Positions 17,251-27,412 of a stretch of DNA of 64,000 nt are shown here, in pieces. Position numbers and translations under genes: made by a program. Under the pieces are notes generated by a model. It was not told the DNA's origin, made no database searches, and worked only from the letters and a program-made list of their open reading frames with translations. The DNA lies in assembly GCA_022791455.1 (NCBI GenBank), contig JAAVZC010000014.1, positions 209,119 to 273,118 on the forward strand. Direction: 5' to 3'. This DNA comes from Eggerthellaceae bacterium (GTDB lineage: Bacteria > Actinomycetota > Coriobacteriia > Coriobacteriales > Eggerthellaceae). How positions within the stretch are numbered: the stretch's first letter is position 1; each line of letters opens with the position of its first letter.

Positions 17251-19341
17251 TTAGCAATAGAACAAAACTTCATTCAGCGCGGGCACGGGCCACCATTGGC
17301 GTTCGACGATGATCTCCATGGCGTCCACGGCGGCGCGCAGCTGCTCCATCACCGGCACCAGCTGATGGGCGTTCATGTTGGCGCGCTCCTGCTCATCGGC
17401 AATCTCCAGCGACTGATAGTGCAGCGCGTGCAGCTCCTCCAGCCGCGCGTTGATCTCGGCAATGCCGTCGGTCAGCTGGCGCAGGCGCCCTTCCTGAGTG
17501 GTCACGTTCGCGTCCGGCAGCGCCGTGCGAATCTCGGAAATGCTGCGGGCCACTTCGGCAGCGTAGTTGTTGATGGCGGGCAGGTAATCGCGGCGCACCA
17601 GGCGCTTCATGGTGCGGATCTCGATGTTCATCAACTTGTTGTACTTCTCCAGCTTCACCTCGTAGCGGCTGCGCACCTCGGTTTCGGAGAGCACGCCGAA
17701 CTCGCCGAACAGCTGGATGCTCTTCGGGTCCACGAAGCAGGGCAGGGCGTCGGCGGTGGTGTGGTGGTTAGCCAGGCCGCGGCGCGCCGCCTCTTCCGGC
17801 CACTCTTCAGAATAGCCATCGCCGTTGAAGATGATGCGCTGGTGGTCGCGCAGCGTCTGACGCACCCACTCCAGCGCGGAGGCCTCGAAGTCGGCCGGCG
17901 CCACGTCCTCCATGGCGTCGGCGAAGTCCTTCAGGCTCTTCGCCATGGCGGTGTTCAGCACCATGTTGCAATCGGACAGGTTCACCGCCGAGCCGGGCAT
18001 GCGGAACTCGAACTTGTTGCCGGTGAAGGCGAAGGGGCTCGTGCGGTTGCGGTCGGTGGTGTCCTTCAAGAAGTTGGGCAGCACGTCCACGCCCAGGTCC
18101 AGCTCTTCGCCGTTGGGGGCCACGTAGTCCACATCGGCCACGAGCGCGTCCACAATGCCGCCCAGCTCATCGCCCAAAAACATGGAGATGATGGCCGGCG
18201 GCGCCTCGTTTGCGCCCAGGCGATGGTCGTTGCCGCAGCTTGCCACCGACATGCGCAGCAGCTCCTGGTAGTCGTCGACCGCCTGGATGACGCCAGTCAG
18301 AAACACCAGGAAACGCACGTTTTCCATGGGGCTGTCGCCCGGATCAAGCAGGTTCTTGTTGTCGGCAGAGATGGACCAGTTGTTGTGCTTGCCGGAGCCG
18401 TTGATGGAATCGAAGGGCTTCTCATGCTGCAGGCACACCAAGCCGTAATGGCTGGCCAGCAGGCGCATTTTCTCCATGGTCAGCAGGTTCTCGTCGATGG
18501 CGCGGTTGGTGTTGGCGAAGATGGGCGCCAGCTCGTGCTGGCAGGGCGCTACCTCGTTGTGCTTGGTTTTCGCGGAAACGCCCAGCTTCCACAGCTCGTC
18601 GTCCAGCTCCTTCATGAACTCGTTCACGGTGGGGCGGATGGCGCCGAAGTAGTGCTCTTCCAGCTCTTGGCCCTTGCAAGGCGGGTAGCCGAACAGGGTG
18701 CGGCCGGTCATGATGATGTCGGGGCGCTTCTCGTAGTCTTTCTCGGAAATGAGGAAGTACTCCTGCTCGGCGCCCACGGTGGTCACCACGCGGTGGGGGT
18801 TCTCGCCGAACAGCGCCAGCACGCGCTTGGCCTGGTCCTCGATGGCGCGCATGGAGCGCAGAAGCGGGGTCTTCTTGTCCAGCGCTTCACCGGTGTAGCT
18901 GCAGAACGCGGTGGGGATGCACAGCACCTCGTCCTTGATGAAGGCGTAGGAGGTGGGGTCCCAAGCGGTGTAGCCGCGCGCTTCGAAGGTGGCGCGCAGG
19001 CCGCCGGAGGGGAAGCTTGAGGCGTCCGGCTCGCCCTGGATGAGCTCTTTGCCCGAGAAGCTCATGATGGCGCGGCCGTCGGCGATGGGATCGATGAAGC
19101 TGTCGTGCTTCTCGGAGGTGATGCCAGTCAGCGGCTGGAACCAGTGGGTGTAGTGCGTGGCGCCCTTCTCGATGGCCCATTCCTTCATGGCGTGGGCCAC
19201 GACGTTGGCCACCTCCAGATTCAGCGGCTCGCCGTCCCTGATGGTTTTCATGAGCTGCTTGTAGGTGGCGGAGGGAAGTCGCTCCTGCATGGTGTGCTCG
19301 TTGAAGACCATGGATCCATAAATGTCGGAAACTAGCGCCAT
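17251..19341 (-). CDS. glnA: Glutamine synthetase type III
   Basis: [62 protein letters not shown]; 696 aa. Confidence 0.95.
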   Translation of the reverse strand: MALVSDIYGSMVFNEHTMQERLPSATYKQLMKTIRDGEPLNLEVANVVAHAMKEWAIEKGATHYTHWFQPLTGITSEKHDSFIDPIADGRAIMSFSGKELIQGEPDASSFPSGGLRATFEARGYTAWDPTSYAFIKDEVLCIPTAFCSYTGEALDKKTPLLRSMRAIEDQAKRVLALFGENPHRVVTTVGAEQEYFLISEKDYEKRPDIIMTGRTLFGYPPCKGQELEEHYFGAIRPTVNEFMKELDDELWKLGVSAKTKHNEVAPCQHELAPIFANTNRAIDENLLTMEKMRLLASHYGLVCLQHEKPFDSINGSGKHNNWSISADNKNLLDPGDSPMENVRFLVFLTGVIQAVDDYQELLRMSVASCGNDHRLGANEAPPAIISMFLGDELGGIVDALVADVDYVAPNGEELDLGVDVLPNFLKDTTDRNRTSPFAFTGNKFEFRMPGSAVNLSDCNMVLNTAMAKSLKDFADAMEDVAPADFEASALEWVRQTLRDHQRIIFNGDGYSEEWPEEAARRGLANHHTTADALPCFVDPKSIQLFGEFGVLSETEVRSRYEVKLEKYNKLMNIEIRTMKRLVRRDYLPAINNYAAEVARSISEIRTALPDANVTTQEGRLRQLTDGIAEINARLEELHALHYQSLEIADEQERANMNAHQLVPVMEQLRAAVDAMEIIVERQWWPVPALNEVLFYC

Positions 19342-19473
19342 GATGTGCTCCTCACTGGACGGGCCTCTCCGTTGGGCCAAGGTGGCAAATAAGTTGGCGA
19401 AACCAAAGTACGCCGGCTTTGTTTCGAAGTGTTTTCAAGGCAGGAAACACTCTATGTCATCGGCGAAGCTGCA

Positions 19474-19521
19474 GGCGGCACGGCTGCTACCATGCGACAA
19501 AAAGCCGAAGCGAAAGGCGCG
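19474..19521 (+). repeat. 48-bp segment duplicated at 25042-25089
   Basis: 46/48 identical by eye; contains a TGcTAYCAT extended -10-like box and GAAAGG. Confidence 0.85.
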
Positions 19522-19530
19522 CTTAATAAA

Positions 19531-19555
19531 CGAAGGAGCCCCGAAGAGCTCCTTC
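19531..19555. terminator. Hairpin, probable terminator of the molybdoenzyme operon
   Basis: GAAGGAGC-CCCGAAGA-GCTCCTTC; TTTATT follows on the minus strand. Confidence 0.6.
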
Positions 19556-19620
19556 ACCGATGCGTTTTTGGAGGGGGCGGCCCGGGCAGACACCCGGACC
19601 GGTTTGCAAGGGGGTCTAAG

Positions 19621-20235
19621 TTATTCGCCGCCCTGCCAGGTGTGGTTGCGCACGATGTACACGAACGACGGCTTGTTGCCCACGTCCGGCAGACGGTGCA
19701 GGTCCGCTTCCGTGTAAGGCTCGCAGAAGCTGTCGATGGTCTCGCCGCGCGCGCCGCGGAACGAGCCAATGCCCTCGTCCAAGTCGCCGAACCACTTCGC
19801 CATGCCCACGCAATTGGACACGCACTGGGGCAGCTCGCCCTGGGCAATCTGCTGCTCGCAGAGGGTGCATTTCTCCACCACGCGCTCCTCTTCGTTGAGG
19901 TAGCGCACGCCATAGGGGCAGGCCATGGCGCAGAATTGGCAGCCGATGCACTTCTCTTTGTCAATCTGCACCGTTCCGTCGGCACGCTTGTGGCTGGCCT
20001 CGGTGGGGCACACATTCACGCAGGCAGGCTCTTCGCAGTGCTGGCACTGCACCGGCAGGTAGTAGAAGTCGTTCGCCGGCTTCTCGCCGCCATCAAGCGC
20101 CTCGTTGGGGCCGATGCGCAGCACCTTATTCCAGAAGCTGCCGATGGGCACGTTGTTCACCATTTTGCAGGCGCCATTGCAGGCCATGCAGGCCACGCAG
20201 CGGTTGACGTCGACCGCAATTGAGTAACGGGCCAT
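19621..20235 (-). CDS. 4Fe-4S electron-transfer subunit (DmsB-like)
   Basis: CVACMAC, CQHCEEPAC, CIGCQFCAMAC, CTLC motifs. Confidence 0.95.
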   Translation of the reverse strand: MARYSIAVDVNRCVACMACNGACKMVNNVPIGSFWNKVLRIGPNEALDGGEKPANDFYYLPVQCQHCEEPACVNVCPTEASHKRADGTVQIDKEKCIGCQFCAMACPYGVRYLNEEERVVEKCTLCEQQIAQGELPQCVSNCVGMAKWFGDLDEGIGSFRGARGETIDSFCEPYTEADLHRLPDVGNKPSFVYIVRNHTWQGGE

Positions 20236-20238
20236 GGG

Positions 20239-23160
20239 TTATGCCCTCCCTTCGTAAACGGGCTGCCAAGCCTTCAGGCGCGGGTCGGACGAGTCGGCGA
20301 TGATGCCCTCCGGGCAGCCCTCTTCGGCCTTGTACACCTTCACGGGGTAGCCGCGTACAATGGACGAGCCGCAGTGGGGGTCGTCGATGTCGTTGTTGAC
20401 CAGCTGATTCACTGCCGAGTAGCGCCATCCGTGCTCGGGGGCGGGGCACTCGGGGAACCACCAGGTGTGCTCGCAGTTAATCACACCGCGCGGCACGCCG
20501 TAGAACAGGTCGGCGGTTTCGCGAATCTTGCCGTGGGGGCTTTCGATCCACACCCAATCGCCCTGGGCGATGCCCCATTCAGCGGCGTCGTCGGGATTGA
20601 TCTCCACGCGCGGCACCGGCCACACTTCGCGGCACCACGGCAGCTGGCGATGCTCGGAATGGAAGTACACCGGAATGCGGCGGCCGGTCAGGCACATGAC
20701 CGGGTACTCGTTCCACAGCTCGGGGTTGCGGTCCTTGCTGTCGGGGTTGGGGCGATAGTCCGGCAGGGCGTCTTCGGCACCGTGGTAGGTCTCCATGATG
20801 GTGCACCAGATTTCCTGCTTCTGGGTGGGGGTGTTGAAGCCGGGGATGACGTTCTGCGGCGTGGGGGCCTCGGTGTAGGACTTCTTCAGGAAGCCGGTCT
20901 GGTAGCGGCGATAGGTGCCCCAGTCGTCCGGACGCAGCTTCTTCACGTCCCACCAGCCGTTTTGCTGGAACTCTTCCACATACGCCTCCCACGAGGGCGA
21001 CACTTCGCGCACCACGTAGTCCAGCTTCTCCTCCAACGTCGGATAAGGATTGTCCTCATCCCAGCCCCAAGGCAGGCCAACGCGGCGGTACAGCTCTTCC
21101 ACGATCTCCGGGTCGTACCAGGCCTCGGCCAGCGGCTCTACGCAGGGCACGCAGGCTCCCAGGGCGCCGCCGGAACCCTGGCTCTGGCGCGGGGTGGGCA
21201 CTTCCAGCCAATGGCGGCAGGGCAGGATGATGTCGGCCAGCTCAGAGGTGGGGTGATGCCACAGGTCGATGTCGAAGAAGAAGTCCAGCTGCTTCAGGCA
21301 CTCCCACGCCATGGTGGTGTTGCCCATGTTCATGAAGTCACCGGACTGGCACACGCCGCCCTTGATGGGGTACGGGTCTCCCGTCACGCCCGCCTTCCAG
21401 ATGTCGTTGGCGTTCGCCCACAGGCCCCACCACTCGAACAGCGGATGGGTGTCGCGGCCCAGCTGCTTCTCCATGATCTCCGGGTGAGCCAGCGGGGAAT
21501 CCAGGGTCTTGCTGTAGGACTGATCGGAGAAGTTGCCCATGTAGTTGACGTCGATCTTCGTGGAGCCGCGCTGACCGCCGGGGCCATCGGTGTTGCCGGT
21601 AATGGCGGTCAGAAGCTCGATGGCGCGGCAGTTCATGATGGAGTTGCCGTGGTGCTCCACCGCCAGCTGGAACAGGATGCCGCCGTTGCCCCAACGGGGG
21701 TCGTTGCGGGTGCCGTAAGCCAGGGCCGCGTCGGTGACCAGCTGGGCGTCGACGCCGGTGATCTCCTGCGACTTCTCCGGCGCGTACTGGTCGCAGCGCT
21801 CGGCGAACTTCTGCCAAACGGGAACGGCAATGTGCTTGCTGCCGTCCTTGAACGTCACCTCAAACTCGCCTTCGATAGCCGGGTCGATGGACTCGAACTC
21901 ATCGGGGTTGGGCAGCCACGCCTGAGAATGGCCCTCGCGCACGTTGGCTTCGCCCTCGATCCCGGCGAAGGTGCGGCGCGACCACTCGTCCTTGTGGCCC
22001 TCGCCGCTGTAGCGCGTCCAGGGGGTCTCTCCTTCCCAGCAGTTGCACTCCGGATCGGCCGCGGGATCGTAGGTGGGGTCGACCGCCGCGAGCTGGCCCG
22101 TCGCGTTGAACCACTTCAGCGACTGGGAGGCGTTGTCCCACACCATGTACTTGAACGGGCTGCCGTCCTCCTGCAAATCCGCCTGAGTGAGCAGGGTGGT
22201 CTTGACGAAGTTCGGGCCGTGGAAAATGTGCGGAGCATCGGGGCCAGAGGGCTCCTTGTCCTCTGCCACCAGGAAGCAGGCGTTGGTCCAGCGCTTCACG
22301 AAGCCCCAGTCCACCAGGTCGTTCTTGATCACCACATCGCACATGGCCAGCGCCAGCGCCGTGTCGGTGCCGCCGCGCAGCGCCAGATGGTAGTCGGCCT
22401 CTTTACCAAGGGCCGTAGTGCGCGGGTCAACAGAGATGAATGTGTCGGCCGAGAACACCTCGTCGGTCACCGAGCGGCCGGCCTCGTCGTAGTTGGAAAC
22501 TTCCGGCGTAGAGGCCCAAATGGTGAACACCGACGGCCGCTCCACCGAAGCGGACCAACTGTGGTTGTACTCGGAAGTGAGCGCCGAGGAGAAGTGGCGC
22601 GGGCCCTTGCACACCTGCCAGGCTACCGAGGTGTTGGGGGTCATGAACCAAGCACCGTAGCCGGCATAAGGGGACATGCACCAAATGCGGCCGGTACCGC
22701 CCATGGTGAACAGCGCTTCCCCGCCGTACTTCGCCTGCACCTGGCCGATGCCGGTGACGATGGAATCCAGCGCCTCTTCCCAGTCGATGCGCACCCAACC
22801 GGGGTCCTCGCCCTTGGGGTTCGTGCGCTTCATAGGGTAAGCCAGACGATCCGGGTGATAACAAGCCTGCAGCGAGGCCACCGACTTGTTGCAGCAGCTG
22901 CCCATCGAATGGGGAGCCGTGTCGTCGCCCTCAATCTTCACGGCGCGACCGTTCTCCACGGTCACCCACACGCCGCATTCCATTTTGCCGCAACCACGGC
23001 AGCAGCTGCGAATGCGCCGCACGGTGCCCGCGCTGTCCGCGGCGGTGTAGGGCTCGGCCGCCAGGGCCGCCGCCTGAGTTGCGCCCGCCACTCCCATGGC
23101 GGCGCCGGTGACTGCTGCAGCCTTTAAGAAAGACCTTCGCGAAAGCTTCAATGCAGTCAT
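20239..23160 (-). CDS. Tat-exported bis-MGD molybdoenzyme, catechol dehydroxylase (Dadh)-like catalytic subunit
   Basis: LSRRSFLK signal; RSCCRGCGKMECG; WQVCKGPRH; C-terminal TGRRIPVYFHSEHRQLPWCRE; ends YEGRA. Confidence 0.9.
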   Translation of the reverse strand: MTALKLSRRSFLKAAAVTGAAMGVAGATQAAALAAEPYTAADSAGTVRRIRSCCRGCGKMECGVWVTVENGRAVKIEGDDTAPHSMGSCCNKSVASLQACYHPDRLAYPMKRTNPKGEDPGWVRIDWEEALDSIVTGIGQVQAKYGGEALFTMGGTGRIWCMSPYAGYGAWFMTPNTSVAWQVCKGPRHFSSALTSEYNHSWSASVERPSVFTIWASTPEVSNYDEAGRSVTDEVFSADTFISVDPRTTALGKEADYHLALRGGTDTALALAMCDVVIKNDLVDWGFVKRWTNACFLVAEDKEPSGPDAPHIFHGPNFVKTTLLTQADLQEDGSPFKYMVWDNASQSLKWFNATGQLAAVDPTYDPAADPECNCWEGETPWTRYSGEGHKDEWSRRTFAGIEGEANVREGHSQAWLPNPDEFESIDPAIEGEFEVTFKDGSKHIAVPVWQKFAERCDQYAPEKSQEITGVDAQLVTDAALAYGTRNDPRWGNGGILFQLAVEHHGNSIMNCRAIELLTAITGNTDGPGGQRGSTKIDVNYMGNFSDQSYSKTLDSPLAHPEIMEKQLGRDTHPLFEWWGLWANANDIWKAGVTGDPYPIKGGVCQSGDFMNMGNTTMAWECLKQLDFFFDIDLWHHPTSELADIILPCRHWLEVPTPRQSQGSGGALGACVPCVEPLAEAWYDPEIVEELYRRVGLPWGWDEDNPYPTLEEKLDYVVREVSPSWEAYVEEFQQNGWWDVKKLRPDDWGTYRRYQTGFLKKSYTEAPTPQNVIPGFNTPTQKQEIWCTIMETYHGAEDALPDYRPNPDSKDRNPELWNEYPVMCLTGRRIPVYFHSEHRQLPWCREVWPVPRVEINPDDAAEWGIAQGDWVWIESPHGKIRETADLFYGVPRGVINCEHTWWFPECPAPEHGWRYSAVNQLVNNDIDDPHCGSSIVRGYPVKVYKAEEGCPEGIIADSSDPRLKAWQPVYEGRA

Positions 23161-23294
23161 TCCTCCTCCTTCCCTTTTGGAACGGATCTCTCGTCCCGTT
23201 CCCCAAACACGGGGAAAGCCCTGCGGTTTCGCTATGGGCTTTCCGCTTGGCGCGAAATATAGGAGGACGGCAGGGGTGTCCACATCGTAAAATC

Positions 23295-23339
23295 AATATG
23301 AACTTGGGAGGAGTGGGGAAATCATAAGTCACTTATGAT
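23295..23339 (-). promoter_or_regulatory. 19-bp palindromic operator plus -10-like hexamer between the molybdoenzyme and its TM-LuxR
   Basis: ATCATAAGT-C-ACTTATGAT (23321-23339); on the minus strand CTTATGATTTC, 17 nt, CATATT. Confidence 0.65.
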
Positions 23340-23404
23340 GCTTCATAAACGCAGTTCGCCCACAATGAATCCGCGAGGGTTTTTCCAGTTCAGGGGGTTA
23401 TGAT

Positions 23405-24973
23405 ATGGCGCTTTCAGTGGCACGAATTGCGGGGTTCTCGTTTTTGCGCAGCTGGATGGGAGTACTGTTCTTCAGTTCGTCTTTGTTCATGGCATACAAC
23501 CCGGCCATGCGCTGGGAAGTAGAGAACAGCGTATTCGTCTCGTCGCTCATCGCGCTTACGATTTCCCTGTTTGCGTGCGCGCTGTTGCACCGGACAGTCA
23601 TGGGAGCGCTGAACAGCCGCTACGGATTTCTCGCTGGCCCCACATTCACGGCGGTAGGGGTTCTTCTGCTGCTGCCGTCGCTGCACGGCGGTACGGCCAT
23701 CGAACCGGCGGTCCTGGGGGCGAGCGCCGTGCTGACCGGATTTGGCTCCTGCCTGGTGCTGTTGGACGTGGGCCGCAGCTACGCATCTACCCAGCGGCGC
23801 ACGTGCTTGGTTGAGGTGCTGCTGGGCACCGCCATCGGTTCGCTTCTGCCCCTGGCCGCCAGCCTCCTGCCCGTAGATGCCGGCTGCATTGCCGCTGTTG
23901 CCATGATGCTGGCGGCGGGCATTTGCGCCCATGAGGCCAATCTCAGCAGCAAAGACGAGCCGCGGGGCAACCGCGTGCTGGGCGAAGTGCTTCCCGCCAC
24001 CACGTTGGGGCGGCTGATAAGCGGCGCATTCGTGCTCGGGTTCGCCACCGGCCTCATTCGTTACCTGTACTCCCCCACCACCGAGACGGCCTCCTTCAAC
24101 GAATCGGCCATCTGGTTCTTCGTCTTCTCTGCCGTCGTGTGCCTGGCGCTTGTAATTCCCGCCGCCCGCAGCCGCCAATGCAGCATGACCCCCTACTATC
24201 GCCTGGTCATCGTGTTGTGCACCGCCGGGTTCGCCCTTGTGCCGGTGTTTGAAATGTCCTCGGCGCTGCCGCACCTCATCTTCACGGTGGGCTATGCCCT
24301 TTTCGAGGTGCTGGCGTGGGTAATCATGGCCGAGCTGGCCCATCGCTTCCAGTACACCTCAGTGCAGGTGTTCGGCATTGGCCGCATTTTGGTGGTAGAG
24401 ATTGGCGTTATCGCCGGTGTGGTGCTATTCCCTTCACTGGGAGTTCAGGGGGTGGAAGCACGTTTGCTGGTGACGATATCGGTGGTTTCGGTCATCCTCA
24501 TCACGGTGGTTTCCCATTACGTGCTGCGGGCGCAGGACATCCGCCAGCTGGAGGATGTGCCGGGGTCGGCCCCGACGGAAGCTGAGGGAGGCGCCGCGGA
24601 AGGGACTCCAGGGGTTGTCGGGGAGTCCCCGGGAGCCGCCGATGCCGCACGCCTTGCCCCTCGTGAAGACGGCAACACCGGCGCGCCAGCCTTCAAGGGC
24701 TCGCCACGCATTCCGCTTCTGGAGCGCTGCCGCATTGTAGGGGCGTATTACGGCCTGACCGAGCGCGAGGTGGACGTCATGCACCTCTTCGCCACCGGTC
24801 GCACCGCCGCCCGCGTGCAGGAGGAGCTGGTCATTTCCGCCGGTACCGTGAACACCCACGCCATGCACATCTACCAGAAGATGGATATCCACTCTCGCCA
24901 AGAACTCATGGAACTGGTGGCCACCGCCAACCTGGACGAGATGACCCGCGAAGCGAGCCACGGGGAGCGCTAG
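23405..24973 (+). CDS. Multi-transmembrane LuxR-family regulator
   Basis: Hydrophobic N-terminal domain; LTEREVDVMHLFATG...GTVNTHAMHIYQKMDIHSRQEL. Confidence 0.92.
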   Translation: MALSVARIAGFSFLRSWMGVLFFSSSLFMAYNPAMRWEVENSVFVSSLIALTISLFACALLHRTVMGALNSRYGFLAGPTFTAVGVLLLLPSLHGGTAIEPAVLGASAVLTGFGSCLVLLDVGRSYASTQRRTCLVEVLLGTAIGSLLPLAASLLPVDAGCIAAVAMMLAAGICAHEANLSSKDEPRGNRVLGEVLPATTLGRLISGAFVLGFATGLIRYLYSPTTETASFNESAIWFFVFSAVVCLALVIPAARSRQCSMTPYYRLVIVLCTAGFALVPVFEMSSALPHLIFTVGYALFEVLAWVIMAELAHRFQYTSVQVFGIGRILVVEIGVIAGVVLFPSLGVQGVEARLLVTISVVSVILITVVSHYVLRAQDIRQLEDVPGSAPTEAEGGAAEGTPGVVGESPGAADAARLAPREDGNTGAPAFKGSPRIPLLERCRIVGAYYGLTEREVDVMHLFATGRTAARVQEELVISAGTVNTHAMHIYQKMDIHSRQELMELVATANLDEMTREASHGER

Positions 24974-25041
24974 GTTAATTTCGCCGTCCTTTTCGAGCCG
25001 ATTTCAAAGGGGGAACACTCCGCGTTGCTGGAGAAGCGGCG

Positions 25042-25089
25042 GGCGGCACGGCTGCTATCATGCGACAAAAAGCCGAAGTGAAAGGCGCG
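25042..25089 (+). promoter_or_regulatory. Putative promoter/5' UTR of the ferredoxin gene, duplicated at 19474
   Basis: TGC-TATCAT extended -10-like box and GAAAGG RBS just before the ATG at 25094. Confidence 0.55.
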
Positions 25090-25093
25090 AGAA

Positions 25094-25939
25094 ATGCTGC
25101 GGAAAATCATTCAAATTAACGAGGAACGCTGCAACGGATGCGGGCTGTGCGCCACCGCGTGCCACGAGGGCGCTATTGGCATGGTGAACGGGAAGGCGCG
25201 CCTGCTGCGCGATGATTTCTGCGACGGGCTGGGCGACTGCCTGCCGGCGTGCCCGGTGGACGCCATCTCGTTCGTGGAGCGGGAGGCGGCCGCCTACGAC
25301 GAAGCGGCGGTGATGGCCGCGCAAGTGGCGAAGGCCATGGAGCAGGCGAAGGCGGCCGGATGTCCGAGCGGCGGGTGCCCCGGCAGCGCGCCCGAGGATT
25401 TGCGGGCCGCAGCTGAAGCTGCCGTGCGGGCGAGCGGCGCGGGCTGCCCGGGCTCGGCGATGGCGGATTTGGCGGAAGAGCGCGCGGCGGAGCGAGCCGA
25501 TGCACGAGCCGGGGTCGCTGCCGGGGGCAGCGCTGCGCCGTCGGCCGCAACCGCGCCCATCCCCACGTCCCAACTGGCCCAATGGCCTTGCCAGATTAAG
25601 CTGGTGCCGGTGGCCGCGCCTTTCTTCAACGGCGCGAAGCTGCTGATTGCCGCCGACTGCACCGCCTACGCCTACGCCAACTTCCACCAAGAGTTCATGG
25701 CCGGTCGCATCACCCTCATCGGCTGCCCCAAGCTGGACGCGGTGGACTACAGCGAGAAGCTGACCGACATCATCGCCAGCAACAACATCGCCAGCGTTGA
25801 GGTGCTGCGCATGGATGTGCCCTGCTGCTCCGGCCTGGAAAACGCCGCCATCAAGGCGCTCCAGCAAAGCGGCAAGTTCCTCCCCTGGTCGGTCGTCACC
25901 ATCGGCCGCGACGGCCAAATCCTGGACCGCCGCCCGTAG
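25094..25939 (+). CDS. 4Fe-4S dicluster protein with C-terminal Cys-rich domain
   Basis: CNGCGLCATAC, CDGLGDCLPAC; GCPGS motifs; QWPCQIKL, LLIAADC, IGCPKLD, VPCC. Confidence 0.9.
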   Translation: MLRKIIQINEERCNGCGLCATACHEGAIGMVNGKARLLRDDFCDGLGDCLPACPVDAISFVEREAAAYDEAAVMAAQVAKAMEQAKAAGCPSGGCPGSAPEDLRAAAEAAVRASGAGCPGSAMADLAEERAAERADARAGVAAGGSAAPSAATAPIPTSQLAQWPCQIKLVPVAAPFFNGAKLLIAADCTAYAYANFHQEFMAGRITLIGCPKLDAVDYSEKLTDIIASNNIASVEVLRMDVPCCSGLENAAIKALQQSGKFLPWSVVTIGRDGQILDRRP

Positions 25940-25961
25940 CGGCATCCCCTGAAAACTTCCA

Positions 25962-26017
25962 CCAGAAAAGAGAAGCGCGGGCCAAGAGGGGTTCGGCCCG
26001 CGCTTCAGGTTCCGTGG
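25962..26017 (+). repeat. 56-bp direct repeat (left) containing a terminator-like hairpin
   Basis: CCAGAAAAGAGAAGCGCGGGCCAAGAGGGGTTCGGCCCGCGCTTCAGGTTCCGTGG; 54/56 identical to 27413-27468. Confidence 0.92.
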
Positions 26018-26169
26018 GCGTCGAACGGCAAATCTAAGAGTAAGTTTTGCGGATATAATCCGGAAAACTTCGTAATTCAGGAATTTTCCGGTTGCTAATC
26101 GGAAAATTTCTGAAATCACCAGTTTTCCGGATATAATCGACAAAACACACAACGATCGAGGAGGACGCG

Positions 26170-27384
26170 ATGATCAGACGCCCCCTGTACATGGACAAGC
26201 TGGAAAGCATGGACGCTCCCGACCTCGTTAAACTTCTGGTCGGAGTTCGTCGCTGCGGAAAGTCAACCCTTCTGCGGCAGCTACGAAACGACCTTGTTGA
26301 AAAGGGCGTCGACCCCTCCTTTCTAATCGAGGTCGACTTCGAGCTTCCCTCGAACAGTCACCTCACGGACAGCCGTATGTTCATCGAGCACGTAACGCGG
26401 CAGGCGAACAACCGAAAAGCGTACCTCTTCGTTGATGAAGTACAGGAGCTTGAAGATTGGCAACGCACCATAAACGGCCTGCGCGCAGAACTGGGTCTCA
26501 ATATTTATGCAACCGGCTCCAACGCCCGCATGTTCTCCGGTGAAAACATGACATACCTTTCAGGACGCTACCTTAGGCTCGAGGTCTTCCCGCTGTCCTT
26601 GGGCGAGCTATGCCAATTTACCGGCGCGGATCTCTCAAGTTCGAGGACTATTGAAGAATCCTACACGCAACTGGCTACCGAAGGGGGATTCCCCGCCGTA
26701 ACGCTCGCACCAACAGATGCTCTCAAAAACGCCATTGTCGACGGAATTTACGACTCAGTATTTATGAGGGACATTGTCCTGCGTGGGCGCATTCGCAACG
26801 AAGCCGCCTTCGCCCGCACTTCAACCTTCATCCTCGACAACATTGGCAATTCTGTCTCGGCAAACTCCATTGCAAACTCTTTGAAGGCCGCAGGTCACGG
26901 CGTAGCCGCCGAGACGGTGGACAATTATCTGACCCTGATGGAAAAGGCGCACCTGATCTACCGGTGCCCGCGGTTCGACATTAGAGGAAAAGAGATCCTG
27001 CGCACAAACGGGAAATACTACGTAGTAGACATGGGCCTAAGGCAACGGGCAATTGGCACAAAGCCCGGAAATCATGGCCATATTACCGAGAACATCGTGT
27101 TCTTGGAATTGCGCCGCCGTGGCTTCGAGGTTTACGTGGGCACTCTTCCAGACGCTGAAGTCGACTTCGTAGCTAAAAATTCGAAAGGCCAGATATACAT
27201 CCAGGTGAGCGAGACGGTGGTTGATCCCAACACATTGGCTCGAGAGCTAAAGCCCTTCGAGAAAATAAAGGACGGCTATCCGCAAGTGCTAATCACGAAA
27301 GACTATGCGGATTACTCCCAGAACGGCGTTCGCCATATCAATCTTTATGATTTCTTGCTTGAGAACCAAGCTCTTGAACAGTAA
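26170..27384 (+). CDS. AAA+ ATPase (AAA_14/DUF4143 type) with C-terminal PD-(D/E)xK-like region
   Basis: GVRRCGKS, LFVDEVQ, TGSNA, KYYVVDMGL, EVDFVA...YIQV; visibly more AT-rich codon usage. Confidence 0.9.
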   Translation: MIRRPLYMDKLESMDAPDLVKLLVGVRRCGKSTLLRQLRNDLVEKGVDPSFLIEVDFELPSNSHLTDSRMFIEHVTRQANNRKAYLFVDEVQELEDWQRTINGLRAELGLNIYATGSNARMFSGENMTYLSGRYLRLEVFPLSLGELCQFTGADLSSSRTIEESYTQLATEGGFPAVTLAPTDALKNAIVDGIYDSVFMRDIVLRGRIRNEAAFARTSTFILDNIGNSVSANSIANSLKAAGHGVAAETVDNYLTLMEKAHLIYRCPRFDIRGKEILRTNGKYYVVDMGLRQRAIGTKPGNHGHITENIVFLELRRRGFEVYVGTLPDAEVDFVAKNSKGQIYIQVSETVVDPNTLARELKPFEKIKDGYPQVLITKDYADYSQNGVRHINLYDFLLENQALEQ

Positions 27385-27412
27385 ACGAACAGCGTAAAGC
27401 TATTGATTGCCG

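Noticed and set aside
19345-19470. GlnR/TnrA box upstream of glnA
   Set aside because: TGTCA at about 19455 has no TNACA partner at 7-nt spacing.
25300-25560. Ala/Pro/Glu-rich inserts in several proteins (ferredoxin, CoaX-like, LuxRs, PrsA tail)
   Set aside because: Low-complexity linkers expected from GC-rich codon slippage; no shared sequence among them.
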